Assembly: GCA_963837955.1 (NCBI GenBank)
Contig: CAWIPH010000001.1
Coordinates: 160,001 to 224,000 of the forward strand
DNA length: 64,000 nucleotides
Reading direction: 5' to 3'
Source: an uncultured Verrucomicrobiae bacterium
Lineage (GTDB): Bacteria > Verrucomicrobiota > Verrucomicrobiia > Chthoniobacterales > JAFAMB01
Made by a program: the position numbers and the translations under genes. Shown in pieces: positions 18,698 to 28,388 of the stretch (positions are counted from its first letter, which is position 1; every line of letters starts with the position of its first letter). The notes under the pieces are model-generated. The model made no database searches. It worked only from the letters and a program-made list of their open reading frames with translations, and was not told the origin of the DNA.

Positions 18698-19189
18698 TCA
18701 GCCCTCTCGTTCGCCCACGCGGCGATGCACCAACCGGAGCCAGCGCGTGTAATCTCTGCGGCAAGAAACCCATCTCTGGTGGATTCGGAGCAAAGCAAAA
18801 AGGGTCAAAAGTTCAGCAAAAATTCCGGCGCAGAAGGTGCTAAACCGCCACTCAGTCGGCGCCAAGAGACAGATAAGAGGAGCCAAAAGAATCACTACGG
18901 ACGACAAGGCCCAACGCCAAAGGGCTCGATGCGCGCTGCGCATTCGTTGATATAAGAAGATCGCTCTCTCCAAGTCAGACTGGAGTGATCGATAAGGACC
19001 CAAAACGCGAACGAGCTCGTTAAAGAACGCGTTGGGCGTAAGTCCACCGTAGACGCGGACCAGATCCTCGACCGAAGCAGCCCTTTCAGGATGCTTAAAC
19101 TCCGAATTCTCGTCATTTAAATCCGCGAATGACATGGTCGCCCGGATCACCTCTAGAAGAAACACATCACCGCCGACGCCGAATGTCAA
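18698..19189 (-). CDS. Hypothetical membrane protein (2 C-terminal TM helices)
   Basis: Long ORF with two hydrophobic segments; start uncertain. Confidence 0.5.
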   Translation of the reverse strand: MTFGVGGDVFLLEVIRATMSFADLNDENSEFKHPERAASVEDLVRVYGGLTPNAFFNELVRVLGPYRSLQSDLERAIFLYQRMRSAHRALWRWALSSVVILLAPLICLLAPTEWRFSTFCAGIFAELLTLFALLRIHQRWVSCRRDYTRWLRLVHRRVGEREG

Positions 19190-19246
19190 CGACCTACCTA
19201 AATTTGAAACGAGGCGACCTGGCAGCCGCGGAAAGTAGAATTGAGC

Positions 19247-19660
19247 TCAGCTCAAACGGGCTAAGCGCGACTGCTCGACGTGATTCGCGACGAATTGAAT
19301 GAGTTGATCCGGAAAGAACGGTTTGCGCAGCAAATATCCTCCGTTCGTCAAATGGAGCAGGCGAGGATCATCCTCTGGAATGGCTCCGGTAATAAAAAGG
19401 ACCGGCACAGAAGGATCGATTCGTTGGATCCGGGCAGCGACTTCCAAGCCATCGAATGACTCCGGCATCACAATATCTGTCAGAACTAAGTTAATCTCCG
19501 CTTTTCGCTCTTCGAACAAAATCAATCCCTGATCTCCATCCCTCGCCAAGAAGGTACCGTAACCTCCTTGGTGCAAGACCTTCCGGACGTACTCCAGAAT
19601 AAACGGCTCATCGTCGATCACCAGGATGTTCAGTCTGCGAAAAGAAGAGCGAGTAACCAT
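19247..19660 (-). CDS. Stand-alone response regulator receiver
   Basis: ILVIDDEP, LTDIVMP, FITG, LRKPF. Confidence 0.9.
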   Translation of the reverse strand: MVTRSSFRRLNILVIDDEPFILEYVRKVLHQGGYGTFLARDGDQGLILFEERKAEINLVLTDIVMPESFDGLEVAARIQRIDPSVPVLFITGAIPEDDPRLLHLTNGGYLLRKPFFPDQLIQFVANHVEQSRLARLS

Positions 19661-19936
19661 CGAAGATTTTTCTTAAAACGTGCTTTCCGCTAGCCTTGCA
19701 TAAAAAGAAGTCGAACTCTTCATGGTATGGAACCCGCGTTCCGAATCCATGCTATGCGGGGGACCAGCCACGAAACCCAACTCGGAACCTAGAAGCCTAT
19801 AAATCTTAAAAGCGGATAACCTCAAAAGGAATTCTTTCCAAGCGCGGGAATTTGAGGTTAATAGCAATTACAATAATTTCTAGGAAATTTTCCACAGCCC
19901 CAGGCGAATCCAAGTTAGCGGATTGAGGCTCAGCCG

Positions 19937-21001
19937 TCAGATTGGTGTTTCTCGGTTCGTTGACCGGAGATGAATCGTCTTATGAGCTAAGTCATGAGAA
20001 GCTTCGATCACGCGAACCGTCCGGCTGCGAGCGCGCATCAGAATAGAGTGCGTAACCGCGGCGTGACCTTTTAGGCGCACTCCGCGCAATAGCGGGCTAT
20101 CGCTAATCCCGGTGGCGCAAAAAATGACATTTTTGCCTCGCGCTAAATCCTCCGCGTGAAAGACCTTCCCTAGCTGGTCTCGAAACCCTAGCTCGACGAC
20201 CTTCTTTTCTTCATCGGGATCACGAGGCCACATCATCGTCTGCATATCGCCTCCCAGACAACGAATCGCGGCGGCTGCTAACACCGCTTCTGGGGCACCA
20301 CCTATACCGGCGTATAAATCCACCCCGCTATCAGTGATGGACGGTGAAATCGCTGCTGTAATGTCCCCGTCTGAAATCATCCGCACCATCGCACCAGTCG
20401 ACCGAATCGATTCAACCAGCTTGGCGTGCCTGGGTCGATCCAACACTACCACGGTGAGGTCCTGCACTCTTTTCCGTAAGGCCTTCGCGATGATCGGTAG
20501 CGTCTCCTCCAGTGGATTGCGAATGGATACGGTCTCGATGCCGGTGAGCTGCATGTAGCGAACGACATTCACGCCGTAGGCTAGTTTAGTCATGTAGAAG
20601 GTCGGAATGTCCTTCAAAGAAAAGTCAACGTCCGGTTCCGGAGAAGCGGCGGCGATGCAGCAGATGGACCCTGGCAGTCCCTTGGCCACGTTTGTGGTGC
20701 CATCGATCGGGTCGAGAGCCAGATCAAACTTGTGGCTTCCCGGTAGCCAAGTGCCAAGATGTTCACCCTTAAAGATCCCCGGAGCGTTGTCTTTGATGCC
20801 CTCGCCGATTACGACCTCTCCACAGATATTGATCAGATCAAACATACCTCGAATCGCGTCGCAGGCAGCAGCATCGGCTTTCTCCTTTTCACCTCGACCG
20901 AGCCAAGGAAGAGTGTTAAGGGCTGCTACTTCAGTCGCGCGTAGGAAATCGAATTCGATGATTCGTTCGACATCCTCGTACGGTTGCTGTTGGTGACGCA
21001 T
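19937..21001 (-). CDS. glpX: Class II fructose-1,6-bisphosphatase
   Basis: RATEVAAL, VVIGEG, ALDPIDGT, DRPRH, ISDGD, GIGGAPEAVLAAAA, FCATGIS. Confidence 0.93.
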   Translation of the reverse strand: MRHQQQPYEDVERIIEFDFLRATEVAALNTLPWLGRGEKEKADAAACDAIRGMFDLINICGEVVIGEGIKDNAPGIFKGEHLGTWLPGSHKFDLALDPIDGTTNVAKGLPGSICCIAAASPEPDVDFSLKDIPTFYMTKLAYGVNVVRYMQLTGIETVSIRNPLEETLPIIAKALRKRVQDLTVVVLDRPRHAKLVESIRSTGAMVRMISDGDITAAISPSITDSGVDLYAGIGGAPEAVLAAAAIRCLGGDMQTMMWPRDPDEEKKVVELGFRDQLGKVFHAEDLARGKNVIFCATGISDSPLLRGVRLKGHAAVTHSILMRARSRTVRVIEASHDLAHKTIHLRSTNRETPI

Positions 21002-21131
21002 AGGTAAGCAGGATAGATCGGGCTGCTTGCTTTCGGAATAGTGGAATCAATACAGATTCGATAATTACCGAAACGAGTACACCAGTCGCGCTGCGTTTGC
21101 GTTCGCTTAAACAATATGTTTTGGAGGTGAG

Positions 21132-21872
21132 ATGAAAACAATCCGGGTGATCGTCTGGAACGAAAATATTCATGAACGAAAGGATCCGCGGGTTCAAGCA
21201 CATTACCCCGAAGGAATTCATGCCTTTCTTGCTCAAGTCTTAAACGACGGCTCCGAAGTGTCCTGCCGGACGGCAACGTTGGAGGATCCCGAGGATGGGC
21301 TGCCGGAGTCCCGTCTCGAGGAGACCGATGTGGTGGTGTGGTGGGGACACCTCGGCCACGCCCGAGTGAGCGACCATACCGTAGATCGAGTACAAAAAAG
21401 GGTGCTGGAAGGAATGGGCTTAGTCGTGCTGCACTCCGGCCATTATTCCAAAATCTTTAAACGACTAATGGGTACCTCCTGCTCACTGAGCTGGCGTGAA
21501 GCCGGCGAGAAGGAACGCGTTTGGGTCTGCAACCCGGGGCACCCGATCGTCCAAGGACTGCCTCCATATTTCGAGATCCCCCACGAAGAGATGTACAGCG
21601 AACCATTTGGTATTCCCACACCCGACGAGCTCGTTTTCATGTCTTGGTTTCAGGGCGGCGAGGTTTTCCGGTCTGGCTGCTGCTGGAAACGTGGCAACGG
21701 AAAGATCTTCTATTTTCGGCCCGGGCACGAAACCTTCCCCACTTATCACCAACCGGAAGTCCAGACGGTGATTCGGAATGCGGTGCGTTGGTCAGCCCCC
21801 GAAGGTTCCCGTTGGATCGACGGCTGTCCAAATGTCAAAATCTCGCCGGAGGGGATCCGGCAGGAAAGTTAG
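21132..21872 (+). CDS. thuA: ThuA family trehalose utilization protein
   Basis: VWNENIHE, YPEGIH, WWGH, VLHSGH, EEMYSEPF, GGEVFRSG, YFRPGHETFP. Confidence 0.88.
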   Translation: MKTIRVIVWNENIHERKDPRVQAHYPEGIHAFLAQVLNDGSEVSCRTATLEDPEDGLPESRLEETDVVVWWGHLGHARVSDHTVDRVQKRVLEGMGLVVLHSGHYSKIFKRLMGTSCSLSWREAGEKERVWVCNPGHPIVQGLPPYFEIPHEEMYSEPFGIPTPDELVFMSWFQGGEVFRSGCCWKRGNGKIFYFRPGHETFPTYHQPEVQTVIRNAVRWSAPEGSRWIDGCPNVKISPEGIRQES

Positions 21873-21984
21873 CGGCTTGCGATGGGCGGGTTCGCGCAGG
21901 TGGTGTGCAGGACTCCGTGACGGATCGGGCGAAACGCCGACACAGTCCGGCGGCTGCCACGCGGCGCTGCTTGACCCAACGCGG

Positions 21985-22105
21985 GGAGGGATCGCGTCCC
22001 CGCGATCCCTTGTGGCCAGACCCAAGCGCGTTTGTATACCAAGGGTTAAATTGCGTCCCCCAGGTTAGAGATCGTTTTCTCGGCGCGCGGGGACGCGCGC
22101 CCTCC
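21985..22105. repeat. Inverted REP doublet (REPIN-like)
   Basis: GGAG-GGATCGCG-TCCC-CGCGATCC (21985-22008), and on the reverse strand GGAG-GGCGCGCG-TCCC-CGCGCGCC (22082-22105). Confidence 0.75.
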
Positions 22106-22390
22106 CGGCGATGGAGCGGGCAAACCATTCTTAAGTTGACCCGTATGGGCGGCTGCCGGATCGCGGCCTAGCCCTAAGTGTGTCCTCAAGCGCACAGGTG
22201 CCGCGCACCGGCGGTGCATCGTGGAGCGATAGCGAGATAAGGCGGGTAAGCCAACACCATGGAGCGGCTCACAGTCCGGCGTTTGACCCTGTCGTATTGT
22301 CACGCGCAATGCTCGCCGAACTGTTTCGCCCTACCAGCTGAGGTTGGAGATCAACCCGCGGTGACGTAGATACCCCGTACCCTACTGCTT

Positions 22391-22609
22391 TCAGCGCCGC
22401 AAAATCCACGTCACGATCGTGAGTACGATGCTGATGAGAATGCAGGTAGCGAGCGGGAAATAGAATTTGAAATTGCCTTTCTCTACAGAAATGTCTCCCG
22501 GCAGGTGCCCAAACCAGCCAAACCACATTGGAAATTTCCAAAGCAATATGCCGAGCACCACCAGGACGATGCCGGCGACTACAGCGACTTTCCCAATTTC
22601 TTGCACCAC
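22391..22609 (-). CDS. DUF2905 family small membrane protein
   Basis: GHLPGDISVEKGNFKFYFPLATCILISIVLT. Confidence 0.88.
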   Translation of the reverse strand: MVQEIGKVAVVAGIVLVVLGILLWKFPMWFGWFGHLPGDISVEKGNFKFYFPLATCILISIVLTIVTWILRR

Positions 22610-22628
22610 CAGAATAACCGACGCGGAT

Positions 22629-22745
22629 TGACAAATGACAAATCACAAATGACAGAGGCAACTCGGTTCTAATCGGAGCAGTGGCCGGCCGAAAGCCGAG
22701 TGGTTCGAAATTTGTTATTTGTCATCTCCTATCTGCCATTTGCTA
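22629..22745. repeat. Inverted heptamer-arm cassette
   Basis: TGACAAA-type x4 (22629-22656) facing TTTGTCA-type x5 (22711-22745). Confidence 0.8.
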
Positions 22746-22762
22746 TCAATTATCGTTGCACC

Positions 22763-23719
22763 ATGTGGCTCGCCTATTACGTCCACCATCTTAATCCTTT
22801 CCTGATCCGGTTTAATGACCAGTTTGGAATCCGTTGGTACGGCGTGGCTTATCTCTGCGGATTCCTCGGTGCATTTTTTCTGCTCAAATGGCTCGCCCGA
22901 AAAGGGTATGGCTCGCTGGCCGAAGGGCAAGTCGCCGACTTTACGTTTTACGCCGCGCTTTTCGGCGTTCTCGTTGGCGGCCGGCTTGGCTATGTCATTT
23001 TCTATCGGCCGCAAATGCTCACCACCGATCCCCTTAGCATCTTTCGAGTCTGGGATGGCGGGATGGCGAGTCACGGCGGCATCCTTGGCCTATTCATTTT
23101 TTCCTGGATCTACGCGCGACGACACAGAATTTCCTGGACCGGCATCGGGGATAATTTGGTAGCAGCCGCTCCGCTCGGCCTTCTCTTCGGGCGAATCGCT
23201 AACTTTATTAACGGTGAACTTTGGGGGCACCCGACAAATGTTCCTTGGGCGGTTCAGTTCCCCACCGAGTTGCTGGACTACCCGAACGAGGCCCAAGCTG
23301 CGATCGAGAAGTGCTCTGCTTTGAATCCCAGTTTGGATTCAGTCAACGCCATTATTGAGGCAGCTCGATCCGATCCTCAGGTTCGGGAAATCCTGAGTCA
23401 CATCCTCACTCCACGTCATCCGAGCCAACTCTACGAGGCGCTGTTGGAAGGGGTTCTACTTTTCGTCTGCCTGATTTCGATCCGTCTTCGATTCCGCAGA
23501 CCAGACGGGCTCACAACCGCCTGCTTTTTTCTTCTGTATCCGATCATGCGCATAATCGGAGAAGTTTTCCGCGTACCGGACGCCCCGCTGACCGGACCAT
23601 TCACCCGCGGTCAGTTCCTCTCTCTATTCATGTTCATTCTCGCGCTCGGGTTCTTTTGGCACGCCTGGAAAATGCAGAAGAAGGAAAATGACAAATTGAA
23701 AATGACAAATGACAGATGA
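22763..23719 (+). CDS. lgt: Prolipoprotein diacylglyceryl transferase
   Basis: IRWYG, GGRLGYV, WDGGMASHGG, GRIANFINGELWG, RHPSQLYEA, FRVPD, RGQFLS. Confidence 0.96.
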   Translation: MWLAYYVHHLNPFLIRFNDQFGIRWYGVAYLCGFLGAFFLLKWLARKGYGSLAEGQVADFTFYAALFGVLVGGRLGYVIFYRPQMLTTDPLSIFRVWDGGMASHGGILGLFIFSWIYARRHRISWTGIGDNLVAAAPLGLLFGRIANFINGELWGHPTNVPWAVQFPTELLDYPNEAQAAIEKCSALNPSLDSVNAIIEAARSDPQVREILSHILTPRHPSQLYEALLEGVLLFVCLISIRLRFRRPDGLTTACFFLLYPIMRIIGEVFRVPDAPLTGPFTRGQFLSLFMFILALGFFWHAWKMQKKENDKLKMTNDR

Positions 23720-23827
23720 GCCCAGCGCGGTGCAGGGCCCAGCAGGCTCTGAACTCGATAAACTGACTCGTTCAGGCAGCTCGGTTCAATTGCAGTCGAA
23801 GCCCGGGCAACAATTTGTTATTTGTCA
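23689..23827. repeat. Inverted heptamer-arm cassette between convergent lgt and MOSC genes
   Basis: TGACAAA TTGAAAA TGACAAA TGACAGA TGA ... TTTGTTA TTTGTCA; both neighbours' stop codons lie in the arms. Confidence 0.75.
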
Positions 23828-24688
23828 TCCGTTCACATCATTCGGCGACAGCTGGATTCTGCGAACTCGGTCTCCGACTCGGATTGTTCCGGTCGACGAC
23901 TCACAGAAAAAATTCATCCCGAAGATGACGCCCCCCTCACCATCTCGCCGATAGGTGGCCAGGGTTTTAAGCGGTTCATTCCCGCGTTCTAAGGTGACCT
24001 GATCGGTGGTAGTGACCACACAGCGCACACATGGCCCCCGGTGCCTGAACAGCAAAGGTCCGATTTCGACCGTCTGCCAATGATCTTCCGCGTAAGGATC
24101 CATAACGCCGCCAATGACAATATTTGGTCGGAATCGATTCATCGGAACCGGCTGTGGAAGACGCTGATTCAAATCGGCCAGCGAGGCTTCAGAAGTGATG
24201 AGAAACGGATAAGCGTCGGCAAAACTAACCTCTCGAACTCCCAGGTTTTCGCGATGAATGATCGGAACTTTCCCAGCATCGATTACTCGCCGGTAGTGGC
24301 TTCCAATTCTCACCAATCGTGCGTTGAGGCCAAGCAGAGAAGTGAACCACTCGGCGATCTCTTCCCCCAAGTCGTCCGCTTCCACTTGATCTCGCCAGAT
24401 CGATACTGGTCGGCTAAACTTGGCCCCTCGATCGGCGGTCGATCCGAACCAAGGGACGGTTGTCTCTGCCAGGTTCGGCGCTTGCAACCTGAGAACATCG
24501 CGCTCCACTACTGGCTGAATTAGCGCGAGCTTGGGGTGCGTCCGTTGGGTTAAGAATTTTCCGTATTCATCCACAACTAGAAATTCACGGTCGTGCGCGA
24601 AACCATATCGCGAAATCGGCCAGCTCGGAACCGAGACGCCTGCGCATGACTTGACGGGATAAATATGAAGACTGGCAACCTGGAGCAT
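23825..24688 (-). CDS. MOSC domain protein (YcbX/mARC-like)
   Basis: IYPVKSCAG, DREF, FADAYP, RFRPNIV, CVRCVVTT. Confidence 0.92.
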   Translation of the reverse strand: MLQVASLHIYPVKSCAGVSVPSWPISRYGFAHDREFLVVDEYGKFLTQRTHPKLALIQPVVERDVLRLQAPNLAETTVPWFGSTADRGAKFSRPVSIWRDQVEADDLGEEIAEWFTSLLGLNARLVRIGSHYRRVIDAGKVPIIHRENLGVREVSFADAYPFLITSEASLADLNQRLPQPVPMNRFRPNIVIGGVMDPYAEDHWQTVEIGPLLFRHRGPCVRCVVTTTDQVTLERGNEPLKTLATYRRDGEGGVIFGMNFFCESSTGTIRVGDRVRRIQLSPNDVNG

Positions 24689-24724
24689 TCGTAACTCCCT
24701 AATCGGGACAGCCCTGACAGCATT

Positions 24725-25126
24725 TCATTTCGGGATAAGTCGCAGGAACTGGTTGGGCCCGAGTTTTACCACGATTTCGTTCTCTTTGGTTCGATGTTTG
24801 TCGCGGTACACCCAAGTCTTGCCGGAATCATCTACGCCCAGCTTGCGAGCATTAAATTCAGGAATCCAAGCGACCCCATTCTGGATTGGATAGAAGGAAG
24901 TCCCATTCCATCGCAAGACCTCCTTCGTCTGATCTTGTTTTGGATCGAAAACGATTGTAACTGCGTCGCCCACCGCGGTGGGTTGGCTGATTCTTTCAAT
25001 TTCGTGGCGACTCTGCCAATCCAGCGCGACCGCCCAGGAGACTGCGACGAGACATGCTAAGAACGCTAGCATCAAGCCATAGGCCCATTTTCCGACCGGG
25101 AGGCTCTCATCGACGTCTCTGATCAT
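24725..25126 (-). CDS. Hypothetical membrane-anchored protein
   Basis: Single TM helix near the N-terminus; the longer ORF start (25156) lies inside a repeat. Confidence 0.6.
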   Translation of the reverse strand: MIRDVDESLPVGKWAYGLMLAFLACLVAVSWAVALDWQSRHEIERISQPTAVGDAVTIVFDPKQDQTKEVLRWNGTSFYPIQNGVAWIPEFNARKLGVDDSGKTWVYRDKHRTKENEIVVKLGPNQFLRLIPK

Positions 25127-25140
25127 CGGCGGCACATTAG

Positions 25141-25294
25141 AATAGCCAATAGCCAATAGCCAATAGCCAAACGAGCTCGGGATGCCTTGGAAGAAGATAC
25201 TTGACCTGAACTGTCACCGATGTCCTCACCACACCCTGATCTGCTATCTGCTATCTGCTATCTGCTATTTATCTTTGCTATCTGCTATCTGCCA
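25141..25294. repeat. Inverted heptamer-arm cassette
   Basis: (AATAGCC)x4 at 25141-25168 facing (TCTGCTA)x4...TTTGCTA TCTGCTA TCTGCCA at 25240-25294. Confidence 0.85.
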
Positions 25295-27741
25295 TTTCCG
25301 TAGCGACTCATTTGGCTCGGAGCCAGTGGCGGAAGCGGTTGTCTGGCCGGGCTCTGAGTCGTCTGAACGTAAATAGAAGCGCTCTCCTGCAATTGGTTCC
25401 AGCGATCCCACTCATGATTGGGAGCTTGCACTATCTGCCGCAACAGACTACGCCATTCGGTCAGCGCCCTTTCGATATCGCCATGCCGAATGCTTTCGTT
25501 AACCAACTTGTGGCGTCCGATCTGGTGTTCAATCAAATCACGGACGACCTCCGATGCGCCTGCACCGTAGGCGATCGGCAGGCCCAGTTCGAGGTAACCG
25601 GGAAAGTCGGCTCGCTGATACACATTCTGGCAAACTGCAGCTAAGCGACCGCCCGCTCGGGTGTCGTCCATAGCAAAGCGATGACCGGCCCGCAGATCGG
25701 CCAAATCAAACAGCAAGTCCTGGATCGGATAATCGGGTTGCTCGAGAGCGGCGGCCACGGCCAAGCCCTCTCCCTGGTTAAAGAAACTGAAAATGATACC
25801 CCGGCGAGTCGGAACACCCTGCTCGTCCACCAATCCAAGCCGACGCCAGGCGAAGGCAGGTGAAAGAGAGAGATCAATCGCTTCGCACTCCGACCGGCAT
25901 GCGCACCGTTGGCAAACCTGCGGGTAACTTCGACGTAGCTCCGGATTGGCCAAATATCGTCCCTCCGCATCGAGATAGCCCCTGCCGGGGACGTTCCCGA
26001 AACGAAAGCGTCCGTAAGCAGTATTTTGGCGAACAACGAAATCGTAGAACTCGCCTTCCACCTCCTTTGCTATGAGTGGAATCAACTCGCTTAAAAATTT
26101 CTCGGACGGCAACGGTCGACCAAGCGGAATGAGCGGATAACGGTCCCGCAAGACCTTGCGAAACCATTTCGCAGCAATCCAACCCTTATCAGTAACACTC
26201 GCGATCGGTAGTTCCCGGCCATACTCAAAGGGTTTCTTATCCGAGTGGATTTTGCAAAGATTGCCAAACCCGAGTGGCTGTAGCACGGCAGCAATCGTCA
26301 GCGCCGGCCGCCATCGGCCGTCGTCTCTTCGCATCCAGAGATCGGAAAGCGCAACATCGGAAATGGGCGGACAGATTTCCCACTCCTTCCGAGAATTCAG
26401 CATTTCGGCCTCATGTCGCCGAACCAGCCGCCCCCTCTCACCATCCACCGGCAAGCCGCAGACCAGAATCTGGTCGCCGGCCTTGGTGTCAGCCGAGATG
26501 GCACTCGTTTCGTAGAACTTCTCCACCCCGATCAACAATCGGCGAGTCGAAAAAAGGTGCGTCGCAACCTCCATTGCCCCTCGAAACGGATCTTCTCCGC
26601 GTTGGGCCGCTTCGCGCATCACCGCGATCATCGACGGCCAATCGATTGGGTCCGCTCGTCGCAGTTTGCCGGGAAACGCTTCGTGCAGTCTCGGAATCTC
26701 CGGTGTAACGAGCGCATACCCGATCTCGTCCAAACCGCGCCTTCCGGCTCGTCCGAACATTTGCAGTAACTCGTCCGGACGCACTTGGCGCTGAAAATTC
26801 CCGGCTTGATATTGAGTGCCTGTCACCAAAGCAGATCGCATCGAAAAGTTGATTCCGGCAGCCAGTCCCATGGTTGCGACCACCACCCGAAGCTGGCCCT
26901 TCTTAGCCAACGGTTCGATGATTCCGGCGCGAACGGCATAACTCAATCCGCTATGATGAAAAGCGACGCGCGATCGCAGCAGCCGGGCGAGCGGTTCACC
27001 CGCTAAGATCGACTGCTCTTGGGTCAGCACCAACGGTTTGTCAGGCGGCAAGGTCGACGCCAGCGAAATGGCCAGATCCTCTGCTCCTTGCCGTCTCGGA
27101 GCAAATACTAGAATTGGTCCCAGGTCCGAGATCAAAGCGCGCGTGATCAACTTCGACCAATAACCGCGAGCGTTGGCAGGAGCGCGTGCTGGTAGATCGC
27201 TCAACATGACCTCTTCGAGCGGAACAGGCCGTTGCAGGTGTTCCACCAATTCGACTCTTCTTCGGTTGCGACGCAGCCAGTCCGCGATTTCATGAGGATT
27301 AGCGACACTACCGCTGAGCAAAAGGAGTTGGGTCTCCGGCGGAGCCACCGACAGGATGAGCTCGTAGTTCGTGCCGCGCACAGGATCGGCCAACAGTTGG
27401 TATTCATCGACCACCAAGAGCCTGGGACCTTCTCGGCGCAAAAACCGGACTTTCTGCGTTTCGAGTGTCGCTACGACGACCTTGGCGTCGAGATTTTCGG
27501 CCAAGTCGCCGGTAGCGATACCAACATCCCACCCGCGCTGCTTCCACTCGGCCAGCTTGTCATTCGCCAATGCACGAGTCGGGACGGTGTAGACCGCCTG
27601 CCCTTTCAGAGACTCGTAGATCAACTCGAAAATATAAGTCTTACCCGATCCAGTCGGCGCTTGAACCACCACATCAAATCCCTCACGGAGAAATTTGACC
27701 GCATCCTGCTGCCACTTATCGGGGATGATCAGATTGACCAT
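25285..27741 (-). CDS. SF2 helicase, Ski2/HelY-like
   Basis: APTGSGKT, PTRALAN, VVDEYQ, LLSGS, FHHSGL, QMFGRAGRRGLD. Confidence 0.9.
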   Translation of the reverse strand: MVNLIIPDKWQQDAVKFLREGFDVVVQAPTGSGKTYIFELIYESLKGQAVYTVPTRALANDKLAEWKQRGWDVGIATGDLAENLDAKVVVATLETQKVRFLRREGPRLLVVDEYQLLADPVRGTNYELILSVAPPETQLLLLSGSVANPHEIADWLRRNRRRVELVEHLQRPVPLEEVMLSDLPARAPANARGYWSKLITRALISDLGPILVFAPRRQGAEDLAISLASTLPPDKPLVLTQEQSILAGEPLARLLRSRVAFHHSGLSYAVRAGIIEPLAKKGQLRVVVATMGLAAGINFSMRSALVTGTQYQAGNFQRQVRPDELLQMFGRAGRRGLDEIGYALVTPEIPRLHEAFPGKLRRADPIDWPSMIAVMREAAQRGEDPFRGAMEVATHLFSTRRLLIGVEKFYETSAISADTKAGDQILVCGLPVDGERGRLVRRHEAEMLNSRKEWEICPPISDVALSDLWMRRDDGRWRPALTIAAVLQPLGFGNLCKIHSDKKPFEYGRELPIASVTDKGWIAAKWFRKVLRDRYPLIPLGRPLPSEKFLSELIPLIAKEVEGEFYDFVVRQNTAYGRFRFGNVPGRGYLDAEGRYLANPELRRSYPQVCQRCACRSECEAIDLSLSPAFAWRRLGLVDEQGVPTRRGIIFSFFNQGEGLAVAAALEQPDYPIQDLLFDLADLRAGHRFAMDDTRAGGRLAAVCQNVYQRADFPGYLELGLPIAYGAGASEVVRDLIEHQIGRHKLVNESIRHGDIERALTEWRSLLRQIVQAPNHEWDRWNQLQESASIYVQTTQSPARQPLPPLAPSQMSRYGNGR

Positions 27742-27849
27742 CGCTCTTTAACTTCGTTAAAGAATGGCAAATGACAAATGACAGATGACAGATTGAGCGA
27801 TTGCCGATTTGACACACTTCATCAACGCATACATATTATCGTTGTATAT

Positions 27850-28040
27850 ATGGCGCAGTTATGACCGATTTGAAGATCTGCCGGTCTGGCAGGAGGCCGC
27901 GCGCCTTTACAATCGTGACGTCAGATTTGTTGCACTGTCAGAAATTATCTCTCGGTAGCCAGCATCCAGGCTCCAGTTTGAACGAGCTGTCGCTTATCGG
28001 TTTCAAGTCCAATTGATCTGCAAAGTGATTCGAGCATTCA
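27850..28040 (+). pseudogene. Decayed four-helix-bundle (IVP/TIGR02436-like) gene, copy A
   Basis: ATG 27850 then +1 shift into YDRFEDLPVWQEAARLYNR; later fragments QFERA and LSVS; multiple indels. Confidence 0.7.
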
Positions 28041-28049
28041 CGCCACCGA

Positions 28050-28290
28050 ATGAGAACATCATCCGAATGCACTCTCCTGCGAGCCACGAGCGGACTAAGA
28101 AAGATCGATAGTTCGGCGGTCATTGTCATGCGATCAAAGCCTTCAGCGATACTTATTCTCGAGCACAGGAGAGCCGGCCCAATCAAGCAGAATGCGAAGT
28201 CCGACCGAAAGGCCATCGTTGGATTCCTCAGACAAATCCAGACCGAGTTGTAGAAGCGCTCCTTCCGCAGACCGGCAAGTCTCAAATCCC
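28050..28290 (-). pseudogene. Decayed four-helix-bundle gene, copy B
   Basis: Reverse strand TTTGAGACTTGCCGGTCTG resembles copy A TTTGAAGATCTGCCGGTCTG; peptide fragments LDLSEE...LDWA and IAEGFDRMT...ELSIFLS. Confidence 0.65.
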
Positions 28291-28388
28291 CTAACGTTGG
28301 CAAGTCGACTTAAGGTCGTATTGTAAATGTCATAGATCTTTCTGCCGACCCATGTCAAGACCTCTCTCCAACCCATCTTTCCGATCTG

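Noticed and set aside
21521..22309. Several overlapping ORFs downstream of thuA
   Set aside because: GC-rich REP-containing intergenic DNA and alternate frames; no recognisable coding signal.
25141..25294. Repeat arrays as a CRISPR
   Set aside because: Units are contiguous 7-mers without spacers and there are no cas genes.
27938..28376. ORFs 27938-28303 and 28143-28376 as intact genes
   Set aside because: Each holds only fragments of a four-helix-bundle gene in different frames; treated as a pseudogene.
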